Source: Microcoleaceae cyanobacterium
Lineage (GTDB): Bacteria; Cyanobacteriota; Cyanobacteriia; Cyanobacteriales; Microcoleaceae
DNA: 32,463 nt
Direction of reading: 5' to 3'
Assembly: GCA_050331715.1 (NCBI GenBank)
Contig: JBHJGO010000003.1
Location: forward strand, 1-32,463
The position numbers were made by a program, and so were the translations under genes. The notes beneath the pieces are model-generated. The model had not been told where the DNA came from, made no database searches, and saw only the letters and a list, made by a program, of their open reading frames with translations. The first letter of the stretch is position 1. Every line of letters begins with the position of its first letter. Below are positions 20,208 through 29,151 of the stretch, piece by piece.

Positions 20208-21512
20208 TCACTTGCCAGGTTTTAGTATCACTGCGCCATAGGCATCGGGGGACAAATAGTGTTGAGCCGCTTGCTGTAAATCAGCAGGTGTGATTGATTG
20301 AATTCGATTGGGATAGTTGAGGGCTACTGTTAGATCTCCGACCAGAGTTTGATAGTAGCCGTAGAGTCCGGCGCGATCGCTAGGGGCTTCGTTGCCAAAA
20401 ACAAATCGATTCGCAACTTGTGTCTGAATTTTAGTCAGTTCAGCCTCTGACACCCACTCCTGGTGTAGCTGCTGAATATGCTGTAGAACGATTCCTTCTA
20501 CTTCAGTTAAATTTTCCATCGGCAAACGTGCCGAAATATAGAACACACCTTGGAGCCGCTGCGTCATGTGACTGGCGGAAATCGAGGAAACCAACCCTCT
20601 CTCCTCCCTCAGATCCTTTACCAAGCGTGCCGTTCTACCCTGGCCAAGAATATAAGCCAAGATATCAATCGGATAGGTTTCTAGCAACTGTTTCATGCCT
20701 GGTGTCCGCCAAACCAGAATCAGGCGGGCCTGCTGTAGCTTCTCATCAACCACTTCCCGTCGTGTTACCTGGGCGAACCCTGATTCTGGTACGAAGTCCC
20801 AAATCGGTAAGTCCTGATGGGCTTCGTGATCAACGGTTTGAAGCTGAGCCGCTTCAACTGCATCATTCACCGTTGCAATTAATTGCTCGACTGGTAAATT
20901 TCCGACTGCAACAACGGTTGCTGATTTGGGTTGATAGTACCGTTGGTGAAAACTCTTCATTTGTTGCGGCGTGACCTGTTCAATCACGGCAGCAGGCCCC
21001 AATATAGGGCGACGATAGGGCAAGCGGTCAAATGCGGTCTCCATTGCCCGTCGGAAGGAGCGGCGGCCCGGATTATCTTCAGAGCGGCGGATCTCCTCCA
21101 GAACAACCAACCGTTCGCGCTCAAAGGCCGCTTCAGGAATACTGGGATTGAAAACAACGTCGAGTTGCAGAGGGGTAAGATAGGCAAAATCCTGGGGAGC
21201 GGTTGTGATGTAGAAGTGGGTATAATCCTGACTTGTGGCAGCATTGGTCACTGCTCCCCGCTCCTCAATCCGCCGCTCAAATTCTCCGCTAGCCAGTTGG
21301 GATGTCCCCTTGAAGACCATATGCTCTAGGAAGTGAGCCATCCCATTAATATCATCGGATTCAATTGCAGAGCCAGTATTCACCCAAACATTCAGATTCA
21401 CGGCCTCAACGGGTAACTGTTCCGCCACAATTGTCAAACCATTCGGATGATAGTGAAATGTAGGTGCATTCAAGCCTGGAACTGAGGCGGGCTTCGTTAA
21501 AGTTGAGGTCAT
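20208..21512 (-). CDS. M16 family zinc peptidase (pitrilysin/insulinase-like)
   Basis: Inverted zinc-binding motif HFLEHMVFKGT (HxxEH), 434 aa. Confidence 0.85.
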   Translation of the reverse strand: MTSTLTKPASVPGLNAPTFHYHPNGLTIVAEQLPVEAVNLNVWVNTGSAIESDDINGMAHFLEHMVFKGTSQLASGEFERRIEERGAVTNAATSQDYTHFYITTAPQDFAYLTPLQLDVVFNPSIPEAAFERERLVVLEEIRRSEDNPGRRSFRRAMETAFDRLPYRRPILGPAAVIEQVTPQQMKSFHQRYYQPKSATVVAVGNLPVEQLIATVNDAVEAAQLQTVDHEAHQDLPIWDFVPESGFAQVTRREVVDEKLQQARLILVWRTPGMKQLLETYPIDILAYILGQGRTARLVKDLREERGLVSSISASHMTQRLQGVFYISARLPMENLTEVEGIVLQHIQQLHQEWVSEAELTKIQTQVANRFVFGNEAPSDRAGLYGYYQTLVGDLTVALNYPNRIQSITPADLQQAAQHYLSPDAYGAVILKPGK

Positions 21513-21588
21513 TGGGTAGTTTCTAATTCAGTCATAAATAATACTTTCCCTATCTTAAACCCTTCTTCTGATCGGGGGTTGGGTTCTA

Positions 21589-22080
21589 TCACGCTTCCCT
21601 CGCCAACTTCCGGGCCTTGATCGCCAGCATGTCTTGAGTTAGCTGCTTTAGGCTTTCGCCCTTATCCTGCTGACCGTAGAGGTCACTGGCTTTGAGTAAA
21701 TTCGTCACACTATCATCATCCTGACGTAGGTTTGCCAGGGCCAATCCGCGATTGTGATAAGCCTCTGCCAAAATGTCCATCTGCTGGATCGCCTGGGAGA
21801 AAAAGTTGACCGCCTTTCGATACTGGCCCGCTTGAAACGCATTGTAACCTCGTTGAAATTTCACAGATGCTTCTGTTCCCGCGATAGAATCCGGTAGCGA
21901 CCCTGGCAAGCTCACAGGAGACTGGAATAACACCGAAACGCTACCTGCCCCCTGGTAGGCATAGAGCATCGCTCCAACCCCTGCTCCGGCCATTGAAAGT
22001 ATCAAGAACAGCCAGGTGAGAAAGTTTGCCGTTTCTACATCCAGATTTAAGTCAAGATTTAACATGGGTCGCCAGGGCAT
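21589..22080 (-). CDS. TPR-repeat protein with an N-terminal TM helix
   Basis: TM segment FLTWLFLILSMAGAGVGAMLYAY and TPR-like helices (AYHNRGLALANL...). The start is ambiguous (ATG at 22080 or 22065). The 5' end overlaps the stop of the upstream SRPBCC gene by 14-29 nt. Confidence 0.45.
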   Translation of the reverse strand: MPWRPMLNLDLNLDVETANFLTWLFLILSMAGAGVGAMLYAYQGAGSVSVLFQSPVSLPGSLPDSIAGTEASVKFQRGYNAFQAGQYRKAVNFFSQAIQQMDILAEAYHNRGLALANLRQDDDSVTNLLKASDLYGQQDKGESLKQLTQDMLAIKARKLAREA

Positions 22081-22498
22081 ACTCCCGAAACTGGTCTAGA
22101 TTTTTCTTCAAGGTGGATTCAACCAACCGACCGAGGAATAGGTTGTCCATCAGTTTGCCCAAAATTCCAGGAATGGCGTAGGCAACAGTCAGTCGAACAA
22201 TACTGCTCTCGTGACGGTCATAGAATCGAATTGCCCCTCGATTGGGGAGGCCGTCCACTGATTCCCATTGAATGATCTGGTTTGGGATTTGCTTCAGAAT
22301 GCGGGATAACCAACTAAATTGCCAGTTCCCTACGACCCACTTCAAACGGGAGAGTTCTGGATTTTCCTCTAGGATCGTTACGGATTCAATCCAGTCCATC
22401 CAGCGGGGCATCTGCTCCAAATCTGACCAAAGACTCCAAACCAACTCGATCGGAACGGCCACCTCAACTTGAACACTATGTTCTAACCAGTCAGACAT
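22052..22498 (-). CDS. SRPBCC superfamily (polyketide cyclase/dehydrase-like) protein
   Basis: 148 aa, AVPIELVWSLWSDLEQMPRWM pattern typical of Bet v1 / SRPBCC ligand-binding proteins. It lies 4 nt downstream of pds. Confidence 0.65.
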   Translation of the reverse strand: MSDWLEHSVQVEVAVPIELVWSLWSDLEQMPRWMDWIESVTILEENPELSRLKWVVGNWQFSWLSRILKQIPNQIIQWESVDGLPNRGAIRFYDRHESSIVRLTVAYAIPGILGKLMDNLFLGRLVESTLKKNLDQFREYALATHVKS

Positions 22499-22502
22499 TG
22501 GA

Positions 22503-23942
22503 TTAACCTGCCACCTTCTCTAAGATCACTGCTGCTGCCTGACGACCTGAGATCGTTGCTCCCTCCATACTATCGATATAGTCCTGCTGTGTGTAGCTCC
22601 CAGCCAGGAAAAAGTTTGCCACTGGAGTCGATTGGGCCGGACGATATCGATCCATGCCCGGTGCCTCTCGATACAGGGATTGAGCCAATTTCACGACGCT
22701 GTACCAGGTCATATTCAGCTCCCGAGCGGAGGGAAACAATTGCTGAACTTGATGGAGAACGTGGTAGGCGATCGCTTCATTACTCTGCTTAATGAACGGA
22801 TCACCGGGGGTTAAAACCAGTTGTAGCAGGGAACCCTGACCTTCTCGGTAGTAGTCTCCTGGACTGGTCAGCGCTAAATCAGCAAAGCAAGAGAAATCTG
22901 CGTCTGGCGTGTAGAGCAAATTATCCATCCCGGCAGCATGATGCAATTGCTTACGCTGTTTGGGGTCATGGAGTTCCGTCACCCAGCCATCGAACCGCAG
23001 TTGTACCGTCGCGACAGGAACTGTGTCTAACTTATAGATGTTGTCGAACTCGGGCCATTTACGCCATTCTGGGGGAATCAGTTTCTGAGCACCTGGAACG
23101 TCACAGGCACAGACGTAGGCATCAGCTTCAACTTGTTCTTCCGTTTCTCCTTGGGCGACAACCATACCTGTTACCTGGGTCTTGCCATCTACCTCCGTGA
23201 ATTGCAATTCTCGAACCCGGCGGCGAGTATGGATCTGAGTGCCTCGCTGCTGAAGATAGTTCACAATCGGCTGGTGCAGGTATTGGTCGGGCGATCCCTC
23301 CAACATTCTCAGGACAGAAGCCTCAGTTCGAGCGGCAAAGAGCTGGAAAATCGTCAACATGCAACGGGCTGAGATATTCTCCGTGTCGATGAAGCCCAGG
23401 GCGTAGGCAATGGGGTTCCACATTCGCTTCAGGCTCCCCTCAGAACCGCCATGGCTACGGAACCAGTCTGCAAAGCTGACCCGATCCAATTCTCGAATGG
23501 TTTTCATTGCTCCATCAAAGTCAACCAAACCCCGCACGATAGGGCTAGTTCCCAGCGCCAGGGAATTTTGCAGCTTGTCTGCTGTCGACAACAGAGAGGT
23601 CGTGAAAAATGCCTTCAGCCCGTTGAAAGGTGCCCCTGTAAGGAATCGAAAATCCAGGCTACCGGTTCTCCCCCCTTGATTAACAAAAGTATGAGTGTGC
23701 TGCTTGAGCCGTAAATGCTCAAAGGCTCCGACCTGCCGCATCAACTCGAATAAATTGTAGTAGCACCCGAAGAAAACATGGAGACCCATCTCCAAATGGT
23801 TCCCCTCCGCATCCGTCCAGCTCCCAACCTTACCGCCAACAAAAGGACGTGACTCAAAAATTTCTACCTGATGTCCAGCATCAGCCAGGCTCACAGCGGT
23901 CGCCATGCCCGCCAGACCTGCGCCTGCGATTACAACTCGCAT
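22503..23942 (-). CDS. pds: 15-cis-phytoene desaturase (plant/cyanobacterial type)
   Basis: [24 protein letters not shown]... FAD fold and Pds/CrtP-like throughout. The start is placed at MRVV (23942), which matches the canonical Pds N-terminus. The long ORF extends to 23984. Confidence 0.9.
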   Translation of the reverse strand: MRVVIAGAGLAGMATAVSLADAGHQVEIFESRPFVGGKVGSWTDAEGNHLEMGLHVFFGCYYNLFELMRQVGAFEHLRLKQHTHTFVNQGGRTGSLDFRFLTGAPFNGLKAFFTTSLLSTADKLQNSLALGTSPIVRGLVDFDGAMKTIRELDRVSFADWFRSHGGSEGSLKRMWNPIAYALGFIDTENISARCMLTIFQLFAARTEASVLRMLEGSPDQYLHQPIVNYLQQRGTQIHTRRRVRELQFTEVDGKTQVTGMVVAQGETEEQVEADAYVCACDVPGAQKLIPPEWRKWPEFDNIYKLDTVPVATVQLRFDGWVTELHDPKQRKQLHHAAGMDNLLYTPDADFSCFADLALTSPGDYYREGQGSLLQLVLTPGDPFIKQSNEAIAYHVLHQVQQLFPSARELNMTWYSVVKLAQSLYREAPGMDRYRPAQSTPVANFFLAGSYTQQDYIDSMEGATISGRQAAAVILEKVAG

Positions 23943-24429
23943 TCCACTCCAGATCCTTAACGTTTTGTTCACAGATTGTAACAAAGTTCGTTTATTTCTG
24001 GGTAATTCATACTTGAGAACGTTTGAGACAGCCTGTTTTCTCCAGAGAGGAACAGGCCCTTCAGTTAAATATTGAAAGGAGCTGTTTGGAGATCTGGCAA
24101 AGTTAACGAGCTTTGTGTGAAGATTTAGTAAAGCTTAATAATATTGATAGAATTGTAATAAGCTCTGCTCAAAGTGTATGGGAGATTACAAGGAAATGGG
24201 GGTTGGGGCGGTAAGCTCAGAAGAGCACAGCAGTTGAACTGGTCTAGATGCATAATGCCTTTCAGATTTCAAAATTCTTCCAGTCAGTACAGGTTCCAGT
24301 GAGTGTAGGTCAGTGAAATCCTGCCACACGTGATGTTGTAAAAGTTTGGGTCTGTAGTTTTTTTCTCTGTGTCGTGTGCTCCCGTCTTAGCCATTGTGTG
24401 ATTGGCGCTACTGGGTTGGTGCTGTCGCT

Positions 24430-24465
24430 CCCTTCACCCTCTTTTCACAAATCATCTGTGATTGC
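24430..24465. repeat. Copy A of a ~36-nt direct repeat containing the palindrome AATCA-TCTG-TGATT
   Basis: cccttcaccctcttttcacaaatcatctgtgattgc. It pairs with copy B 111 bp downstream. Confidence 0.6.
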
Positions 24466-24540
24466 ATGGCAGTCATGGGTCAGTTATGGGAAAAGCTATG
24501 GAGGGGTTTGGGGACGAAGTCTCCAAAGAGAGGGAACACA

Positions 24541-24576
24541 CCCTCCACCCCCTTCTTACAAATCACTTGTGATTAC
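24541..24576. repeat. Copy B of the ~36-nt direct repeat, containing the perfect 14-bp palindrome AATCACTTGTGATT
   Basis: ccctccacccccttcttacaaatcacttgtgattac. It is ~80% identical to copy A. Confidence 0.6.
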
Positions 24577-24809
24577 TATGTTTCCCTGGGTTTGCTCAGC
24601 ATGTCTTTTTTTGCTCTCAAGACTTTAAGTTCAATCATTCCTTTCAAAGCATCCCTTCTTTATCAGAGAGTTAGAGGTGGTATGGGCTTCTAGAATGGGT
24701 CAAGTATATATCACCAAATATGGCGGTGTTCCATTCGACGGGTCTACGATGGGGACGGGGAGCTGCTAGGTTTTTTGTATACACTATTCGAATACTCAGA
24801 ACAATCAAA

Positions 24810-26018
24810 ATGAACCAAAATTACCATCAGAGTGACTGTCCAGTTTGCGGTTCAAGCCAATGGGATATTTTCTTTGAAATGTCTGGTGTCCCTGTTTTTT
24901 GTAACGTTTTATGGCCTGAACGCTCGGAGGCAAAAAACTGTAATCGAGGTGATCTAAAACTAGCATTTTGCTCCAATTGTGGTTTCATCGGGAATACGGC
25001 CTTTGATCCTGATCGGTTGGACTATTCCCAGGCCTACGAGAATGCCCTGGACTTTTCCCCCCGCTTTCAATCCTATGCAAAATCTCTGGCTTCTCGACTC
25101 GTTGAACAGTATGATTTGCACCATAAAACAGTATTAGAAATCGGTTGTGGCAAGGGAGAATTTCTGCTTTCACTGTGTCAATCGGGTGAGAACCAAGCAA
25201 TCGGCTTTGACCCAACCTACGTTCCCCTGGAAGAACATGCTTGGGCCGACGGTAAGATCGAGTTTGTCCGAGATTACTATTCAGAAAAGTATGCCGACTA
25301 TCAAGGTGACTTTATCTGCTGCCGTCATACTTTAGAGCACATTCCTCAACCCACCAAGTTGCTACACACTCTCCATCACAACATCCAAGGTTGCGATGAT
25401 ACTAATATTTTCTTCGAAGTTCCTAATGCGCTCGATACATTCTCTCGCTCGGCGATTTGGGACATTATCTATGAACACTGTTGTTACTTCTCGCCGGTTT
25501 CTCTCTCCTATGCTTTTTCAAGTTGCGGATTTAGAGTTGAGCAAGTGACAGAAGCGTTTCAGAGACAGTTCCTTTGCCTAGAAGCAAGTTTGGGAGAAAC
25601 GGTTAAGACTCTAACCGAAGAACAAAAGGAGGAGACTCAGCAACTTTTACAGGACATTGAGCAATTTACAGAACGATTTGAGCGAACTCTGAAGATTTGG
25701 CACGAGAAGCTGGAAAAGTGGAGTCAGAATCTTCAGAAAGTTGTGCTGTGGGGAGCAGGGTCTAAGGGAGTAACGTTCCTGAATTTCCTCAAGATCGATA
25801 GCTCTGCCGAGAGTCCAATTCAATATGTTGTGGACATCAATCCTCGGAAACAGGGCATGTATATTGCCGGAACCGGACAAAAGATTATCTCCCCTGAGTT
25901 TTTGAAAGAGTATCAACCAGATGTTGTGATTGTGATGAATCCAATCTATAAGGATGAAATCCAACAAATGTTGACGGATCTGGAAGTCGAAAACTGTGTT
26001 CTAGAAGATGGATTTTAG
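24810..26018 (+). CDS. Class I SAM-dependent methyltransferase with an N-terminal Cys4 zinc-ribbon and a C-methyltransferase-like C-terminal domain (TylCIII/NovU-like architecture)
   Basis: CPVCGS...CSNCGF zinc ribbon, SAM motif I VLEIGCGKGEF, ~400 aa. The start is placed at MNQNYHQSDCPVCG (ATG 24810), not the upstream extension from 24720. Confidence 0.65.
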   Translation: MNQNYHQSDCPVCGSSQWDIFFEMSGVPVFCNVLWPERSEAKNCNRGDLKLAFCSNCGFIGNTAFDPDRLDYSQAYENALDFSPRFQSYAKSLASRLVEQYDLHHKTVLEIGCGKGEFLLSLCQSGENQAIGFDPTYVPLEEHAWADGKIEFVRDYYSEKYADYQGDFICCRHTLEHIPQPTKLLHTLHHNIQGCDDTNIFFEVPNALDTFSRSAIWDIIYEHCCYFSPVSLSYAFSSCGFRVEQVTEAFQRQFLCLEASLGETVKTLTEEQKEETQQLLQDIEQFTERFERTLKIWHEKLEKWSQNLQKVVLWGAGSKGVTFLNFLKIDSSAESPIQYVVDINPRKQGMYIAGTGQKIISPEFLKEYQPDVVIVMNPIYKDEIQQMLTDLEVENCVLEDGF

Positions 26019-26121
26019 GATGGCCAGATAAGCTGACGTGATTGACGTTACTCAGAAATTCGGCGGACAAGGTGAAGATTTGTTAAGGTAGTAGGGTTAA
26101 TCTCTATGCCGAGCTGAAACG

Positions 26122-27777
26122 ATGAACCGCACAATTGTTTGGTTTCGTCGTGACCTCCGAATTTCTGATCATGCCCCCCTGTATCGAGCGACCAAGCGGG
26201 GAGAGGTAATTCCTGTTTTTATCTTAGATTCTGCCCTGCTACATCATCCTGAAACCGGAGCAGCACGGGTAGCTTTCATGTTGGACTGCCTTCAAAAACT
26301 GGATCAGGATCTACAGGAACGAGGCGGTCGGCTAATCCTGCGGTTTGGTGATCCGGTGGAAGTCTTACCAAAGCTCATTCGGGACACCGAAGCAGAGGGA
26401 ATTTATACCTACATTGACTACGAACGAATTTATGGTCGGGTACGAGATGCGCGGCTGAATCAGGTACTTGACCAGGAACAGATGAAAATTCGCTGGTTTG
26501 AGCCTGCGGCAGGAACCGCAAGTTTGATCGCCTATCCCCAATATCGAGAGTGGTGGTTTGCCCAGATGCAGGAACCGATGCACCCAGCACCCCAACGGAT
26601 TAAGGTTCCTGAAACGGTGGAGAGCGAACCGCTACCCACTTTACCAAGCTTGGGATTAATGCTGGATAAAAAACCGATTCCTCCTGCTGGAACCGAAGCC
26701 GCCCGCAATCTTTTACGAGATTTTTTGGCCAACAAAACCCAGCGATATTACTGGCAACTCTCCTATCCCAGTGCTGAAGCAACCACTGGCATTAGTCCCC
26801 ATGTAAAGTTCGGCGTGATTTCTGTTCGAGAATGTTACCAGGTGATCCAGGCGTATCCCGCTGAGGGGGACAATCGGGTTGAACGCAGTAAACAGCAAGC
26901 GATTGCTCGGTTGCGATGGGGCGTTGGATTTGCCCAACGGTTTCGTTACTTACCGCAGTTGGAGCTGCGATCGCTCTATTCCATCTTCGACGAGGAAGGT
27001 TGGCCCTTTGACGAGGAACTGTACGAAGCCTGGAAACGAGGCCAGACAGGATTTCCAATTGTGGATGCGGCAGCTCGGTGTCTTCAAGCGACGGGCGGTT
27101 GGCAAGCACTGAATTTTCGCAGTCGAGCGATTTATGCCAGTTTCTTGGGAAACCTGTTAGGCATGGACTGGCGCTATGGTGCATTGCACTTTATGCAGCA
27201 CTTGATCGATGGGGATTGCCCGATTGACCATTATCAGTGGGCCATGCAGGTGGGAGTCACCCACTGCATTGATAAAACCTGGACAAGAATTTACAATCCT
27301 GGCCAGGTGGCAGTAGATCGGTGCGATCCGGAAGGAGCCTTTATTAAATATTGGTTGCCAGAACTAGCTCACTTACCACCGGAGACTTTGGGAAATCCTC
27401 CGCCAACGGCAGGCTATCCTGCTCCAATTTTGGATTATCGCAAAGCCCGCAAACAGCGAGTTGATCAGCTACAGCATCAGCGAGAAGTCTTTCTGGGCCA
27501 TGAAAATGTGTTAGGTTTCCTGGCTCGAATGCCCCAGGACTTGACGCCCTTTGGTAGTCATCTCAGGCAGTGCGAGGTGAGTTGGGCGATGAATTGTCCC
27601 GGTGAACTTTTCCCAAAAGCGTTAAATCTGGAGAGTTTGACTGAAACCCAAGCGAAGGCACTCCGCACCTGGTTTGTGGCTCATGTGGATATCAAGCCCC
27701 CCCGCAAGCGAACGCGCCGCCGCAAAAAGAAACCCGTTGATTCAGACGAGTTTGTGCAGTTGTGTTTACCGATCTAG
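26122..27777 (+). CDS. Photolyase/cryptochrome family (CPF) flavoprotein with a poly-basic C-terminal tail
   Basis: N-terminus TIVWFRRDLRISDHAPL and FAD-binding core RGQTGFPIVDAAARCLQATGGW...RSRAIYASFL. 551 aa. Tail KPPRKRTRRRKKKPVDSDEF. Subfamily (CPD photolyase vs CRY-DASH vs other) not resolvable by eye. Confidence 0.8.
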   Translation: MNRTIVWFRRDLRISDHAPLYRATKRGEVIPVFILDSALLHHPETGAARVAFMLDCLQKLDQDLQERGGRLILRFGDPVEVLPKLIRDTEAEGIYTYIDYERIYGRVRDARLNQVLDQEQMKIRWFEPAAGTASLIAYPQYREWWFAQMQEPMHPAPQRIKVPETVESEPLPTLPSLGLMLDKKPIPPAGTEAARNLLRDFLANKTQRYYWQLSYPSAEATTGISPHVKFGVISVRECYQVIQAYPAEGDNRVERSKQQAIARLRWGVGFAQRFRYLPQLELRSLYSIFDEEGWPFDEELYEAWKRGQTGFPIVDAAARCLQATGGWQALNFRSRAIYASFLGNLLGMDWRYGALHFMQHLIDGDCPIDHYQWAMQVGVTHCIDKTWTRIYNPGQVAVDRCDPEGAFIKYWLPELAHLPPETLGNPPPTAGYPAPILDYRKARKQRVDQLQHQREVFLGHENVLGFLARMPQDLTPFGSHLRQCEVSWAMNCPGELFPKALNLESLTETQAKALRTWFVAHVDIKPPRKRTRRRKKKPVDSDEFVQLCLPI

Positions 27778-27800
27778 ATTCGCTCAACCTACCCACGAGA

Positions 27801-28862
27801 TTAACCAGAATCTCTCATCTGATGGGGTGGGATTACAGGCTGCTGATTGGATTGCACTGAAGTGGACTGACCCATATTCTCAATTACCCCTGGCACATCA
27901 AGACCCGTGGTTTGTTTCAATTCTTCCAGGAACTGAGCAATTTTCGTAGCTGAACTGCCATTCTTGCTGTCAATCACCGTCACCTGATCCACTTCGACTT
28001 GAGGTACCGTTGAAACCATGGTTTTGAGCAGGATTTCTAGTTTCTGATAGAGGAAGATTTCTCTGGCATTGGTTCCGGCCGCCTGCCAGGACTCGGCCAA
28101 ACGTTTGATCCCCTCTGCCTGGGCTTTTCCTTCCTCAATAATCCTGGAGGCATCTCCTTGAGCCTGGGCAATTGATTGTTTACAATTGGCTTCTGCCGGA
28201 GCAATCACATCAGCTTGCAGTTGTTGCTCAACCTGCTTAATCCTCTCCTGTTGCACAGCAACCTCTGCCTGGGTTCGGGCGACTGCTGCTGCAATTTCGG
28301 ATTCAGATTCGGCAATCACCGCCTGACGCTTGGTCAGGGCATCTTGCACGCGCCGCTCCGCCTCAACTCTGGCCACTTCAATTTCCGTATCCAAATTTTT
28401 CAGGGCTGTATTTCTTTTATTCTCTGCGGTGCGAATCATGGACTCAGCGCGGGTTTGGGCCTCAGTAATTCGGGCATCCCGGAGCAACTCTGCCTGTTGC
28501 TTGCGGCCAATGGAATCCAAATATCCAACATCATCGGAAATATTCTGAATTTGCAGGGTATCCAGAATCAATCCTAACCGTTCCAAATCATCCTCAGCTT
28601 CCTCCAGCAAGCTCTTTGCTAAAGCTAACTTGTCCCCATTCACCTGTTCTGGGGTGAGGCTGGCTAGAACCCCCCGCAGATTTCCTTCCAGGGTTTCCTT
28701 GGCAATCCGCTCAATGGCTTTGCGATCTTTACCCAGTAATCTTTCAATCGCATTGTGAATCGTCGGTTCCTCACCTGCAATCTTGATATTGGCAACGCCT
28801 TCAACGTTGAGCGGGATTCCACCTTTGGAATAGGCATTGGAAACCTTCAGATCAATGATCAT
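27801..28862 (-). CDS. SPFH/band-7 flotillin-like protein, anchor-less 353-aa ORF (C-terminal portion of a disrupted flotillin paralog)
   Basis: Its sequence aligns with residues ~120-471 of the adjacent intact flotillin (NAYSKGGIPLNVEGVANIKI / NAYSRGGTPLNIQAIANVKI). Ala/Glu/Gln-rich coiled-coil tail. Confidence 0.55.
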   Translation of the reverse strand: MIIDLKVSNAYSKGGIPLNVEGVANIKIAGEEPTIHNAIERLLGKDRKAIERIAKETLEGNLRGVLASLTPEQVNGDKLALAKSLLEEAEDDLERLGLILDTLQIQNISDDVGYLDSIGRKQQAELLRDARITEAQTRAESMIRTAENKRNTALKNLDTEIEVARVEAERRVQDALTKRQAVIAESESEIAAAVARTQAEVAVQQERIKQVEQQLQADVIAPAEANCKQSIAQAQGDASRIIEEGKAQAEGIKRLAESWQAAGTNAREIFLYQKLEILLKTMVSTVPQVEVDQVTVIDSKNGSSATKIAQFLEELKQTTGLDVPGVIENMGQSTSVQSNQQPVIPPHQMRDSG

Positions 28863-29090
28863 GTTGGTTTAATCCATCCGATAGGCTTGCTCCAGCAAAG
28901 GAACTCGAATGCTACTACCACCCTTGACAATCCGGTATCCTACGTCCTGACTTTTTTTTTTTTATGTTAGTGCTACCTCATATATCTACACTTCACTGGG
29001 CTGACAGATGTAGTAAAGATTCCGAATGATAAAGGCCCCGGCTCCGGTTCCCACACCCAGTACCGTGAGCAATGCAATCAAAATTTCCAT
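28863..29090 (-). pseudogene. Disrupted N-terminal part (membrane anchor + start of SPFH domain) of the flotillin paralog, containing three in-frame stop codons
   Basis: Minus-strand translation from the ATG at 29090 gives MEILIALLTVLGVGTGAGAFIIRNLYYICQPSEV*IYEVALT*KKKSQDVGYRIVKGGSSIRVPLLEQAYRMD*TNMIIDLKV... This is colinear and in the same frame as the neighbour's ...ALPIALSVFGVIAIIWFINSFLQICKPNEVLILSGRKRKNKDGHELGYRVIFGGRTLCIPILETVKTMDLTTMPVPVEV. The stops are at + coordinates 28986-28988 (TAG), 28962-28964 (TAA, at the edge of the A12 run) and 28869-28871 (TAA, where the neighbour has Leu). Confidence 0.55.
28952..28963. repeat. T12 homopolymer (A12 on the coding strand) inside the disrupted flotillin N-terminus
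   Basis: Read directly. It encodes the KKK stretch aligned to the neighbour's RKRKNK. Homopolymers like this are prone to slippage. Confidence 0.7.
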
Positions 29091-29151
29091 GATTTTAATG
29101 TCCTAGTTTCTTACAGCAATGTCTACAGCAATTTCAGTAATATTTGTGGTC

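Noticed and set aside
24430-24576. Possible mini-CRISPR array (two 36-nt repeats)
   Set aside because: There are only two copies, and they are ~20% diverged. The spacing is 75 nt rather than 30-40, there is no leader or cas context, and each copy contains an internal palindrome more typical of operators.
24374-24693. Overlapping ORFs of 84 and 99 aa in the pds-methyltransferase gap
   Set aside because: They are low-complexity (Pro/Ser/Gly/Trp-rich), mutually overlapping in different frames, and have no SD. They are most likely non-coding and coincide with the repeat elements.
26122-27777. Classification of the CPF protein as an FeS-BCP / (6-4) photolyase because of four Cys in the C-terminal region
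   Set aside because: The N-terminus (WFRRDLRISDHAPL) is classic class I/DASH-type rather than the LVLILGDQL-type of FeS-BCP proteins, and the Cys spacing does not match the C...CxxC...C cluster.
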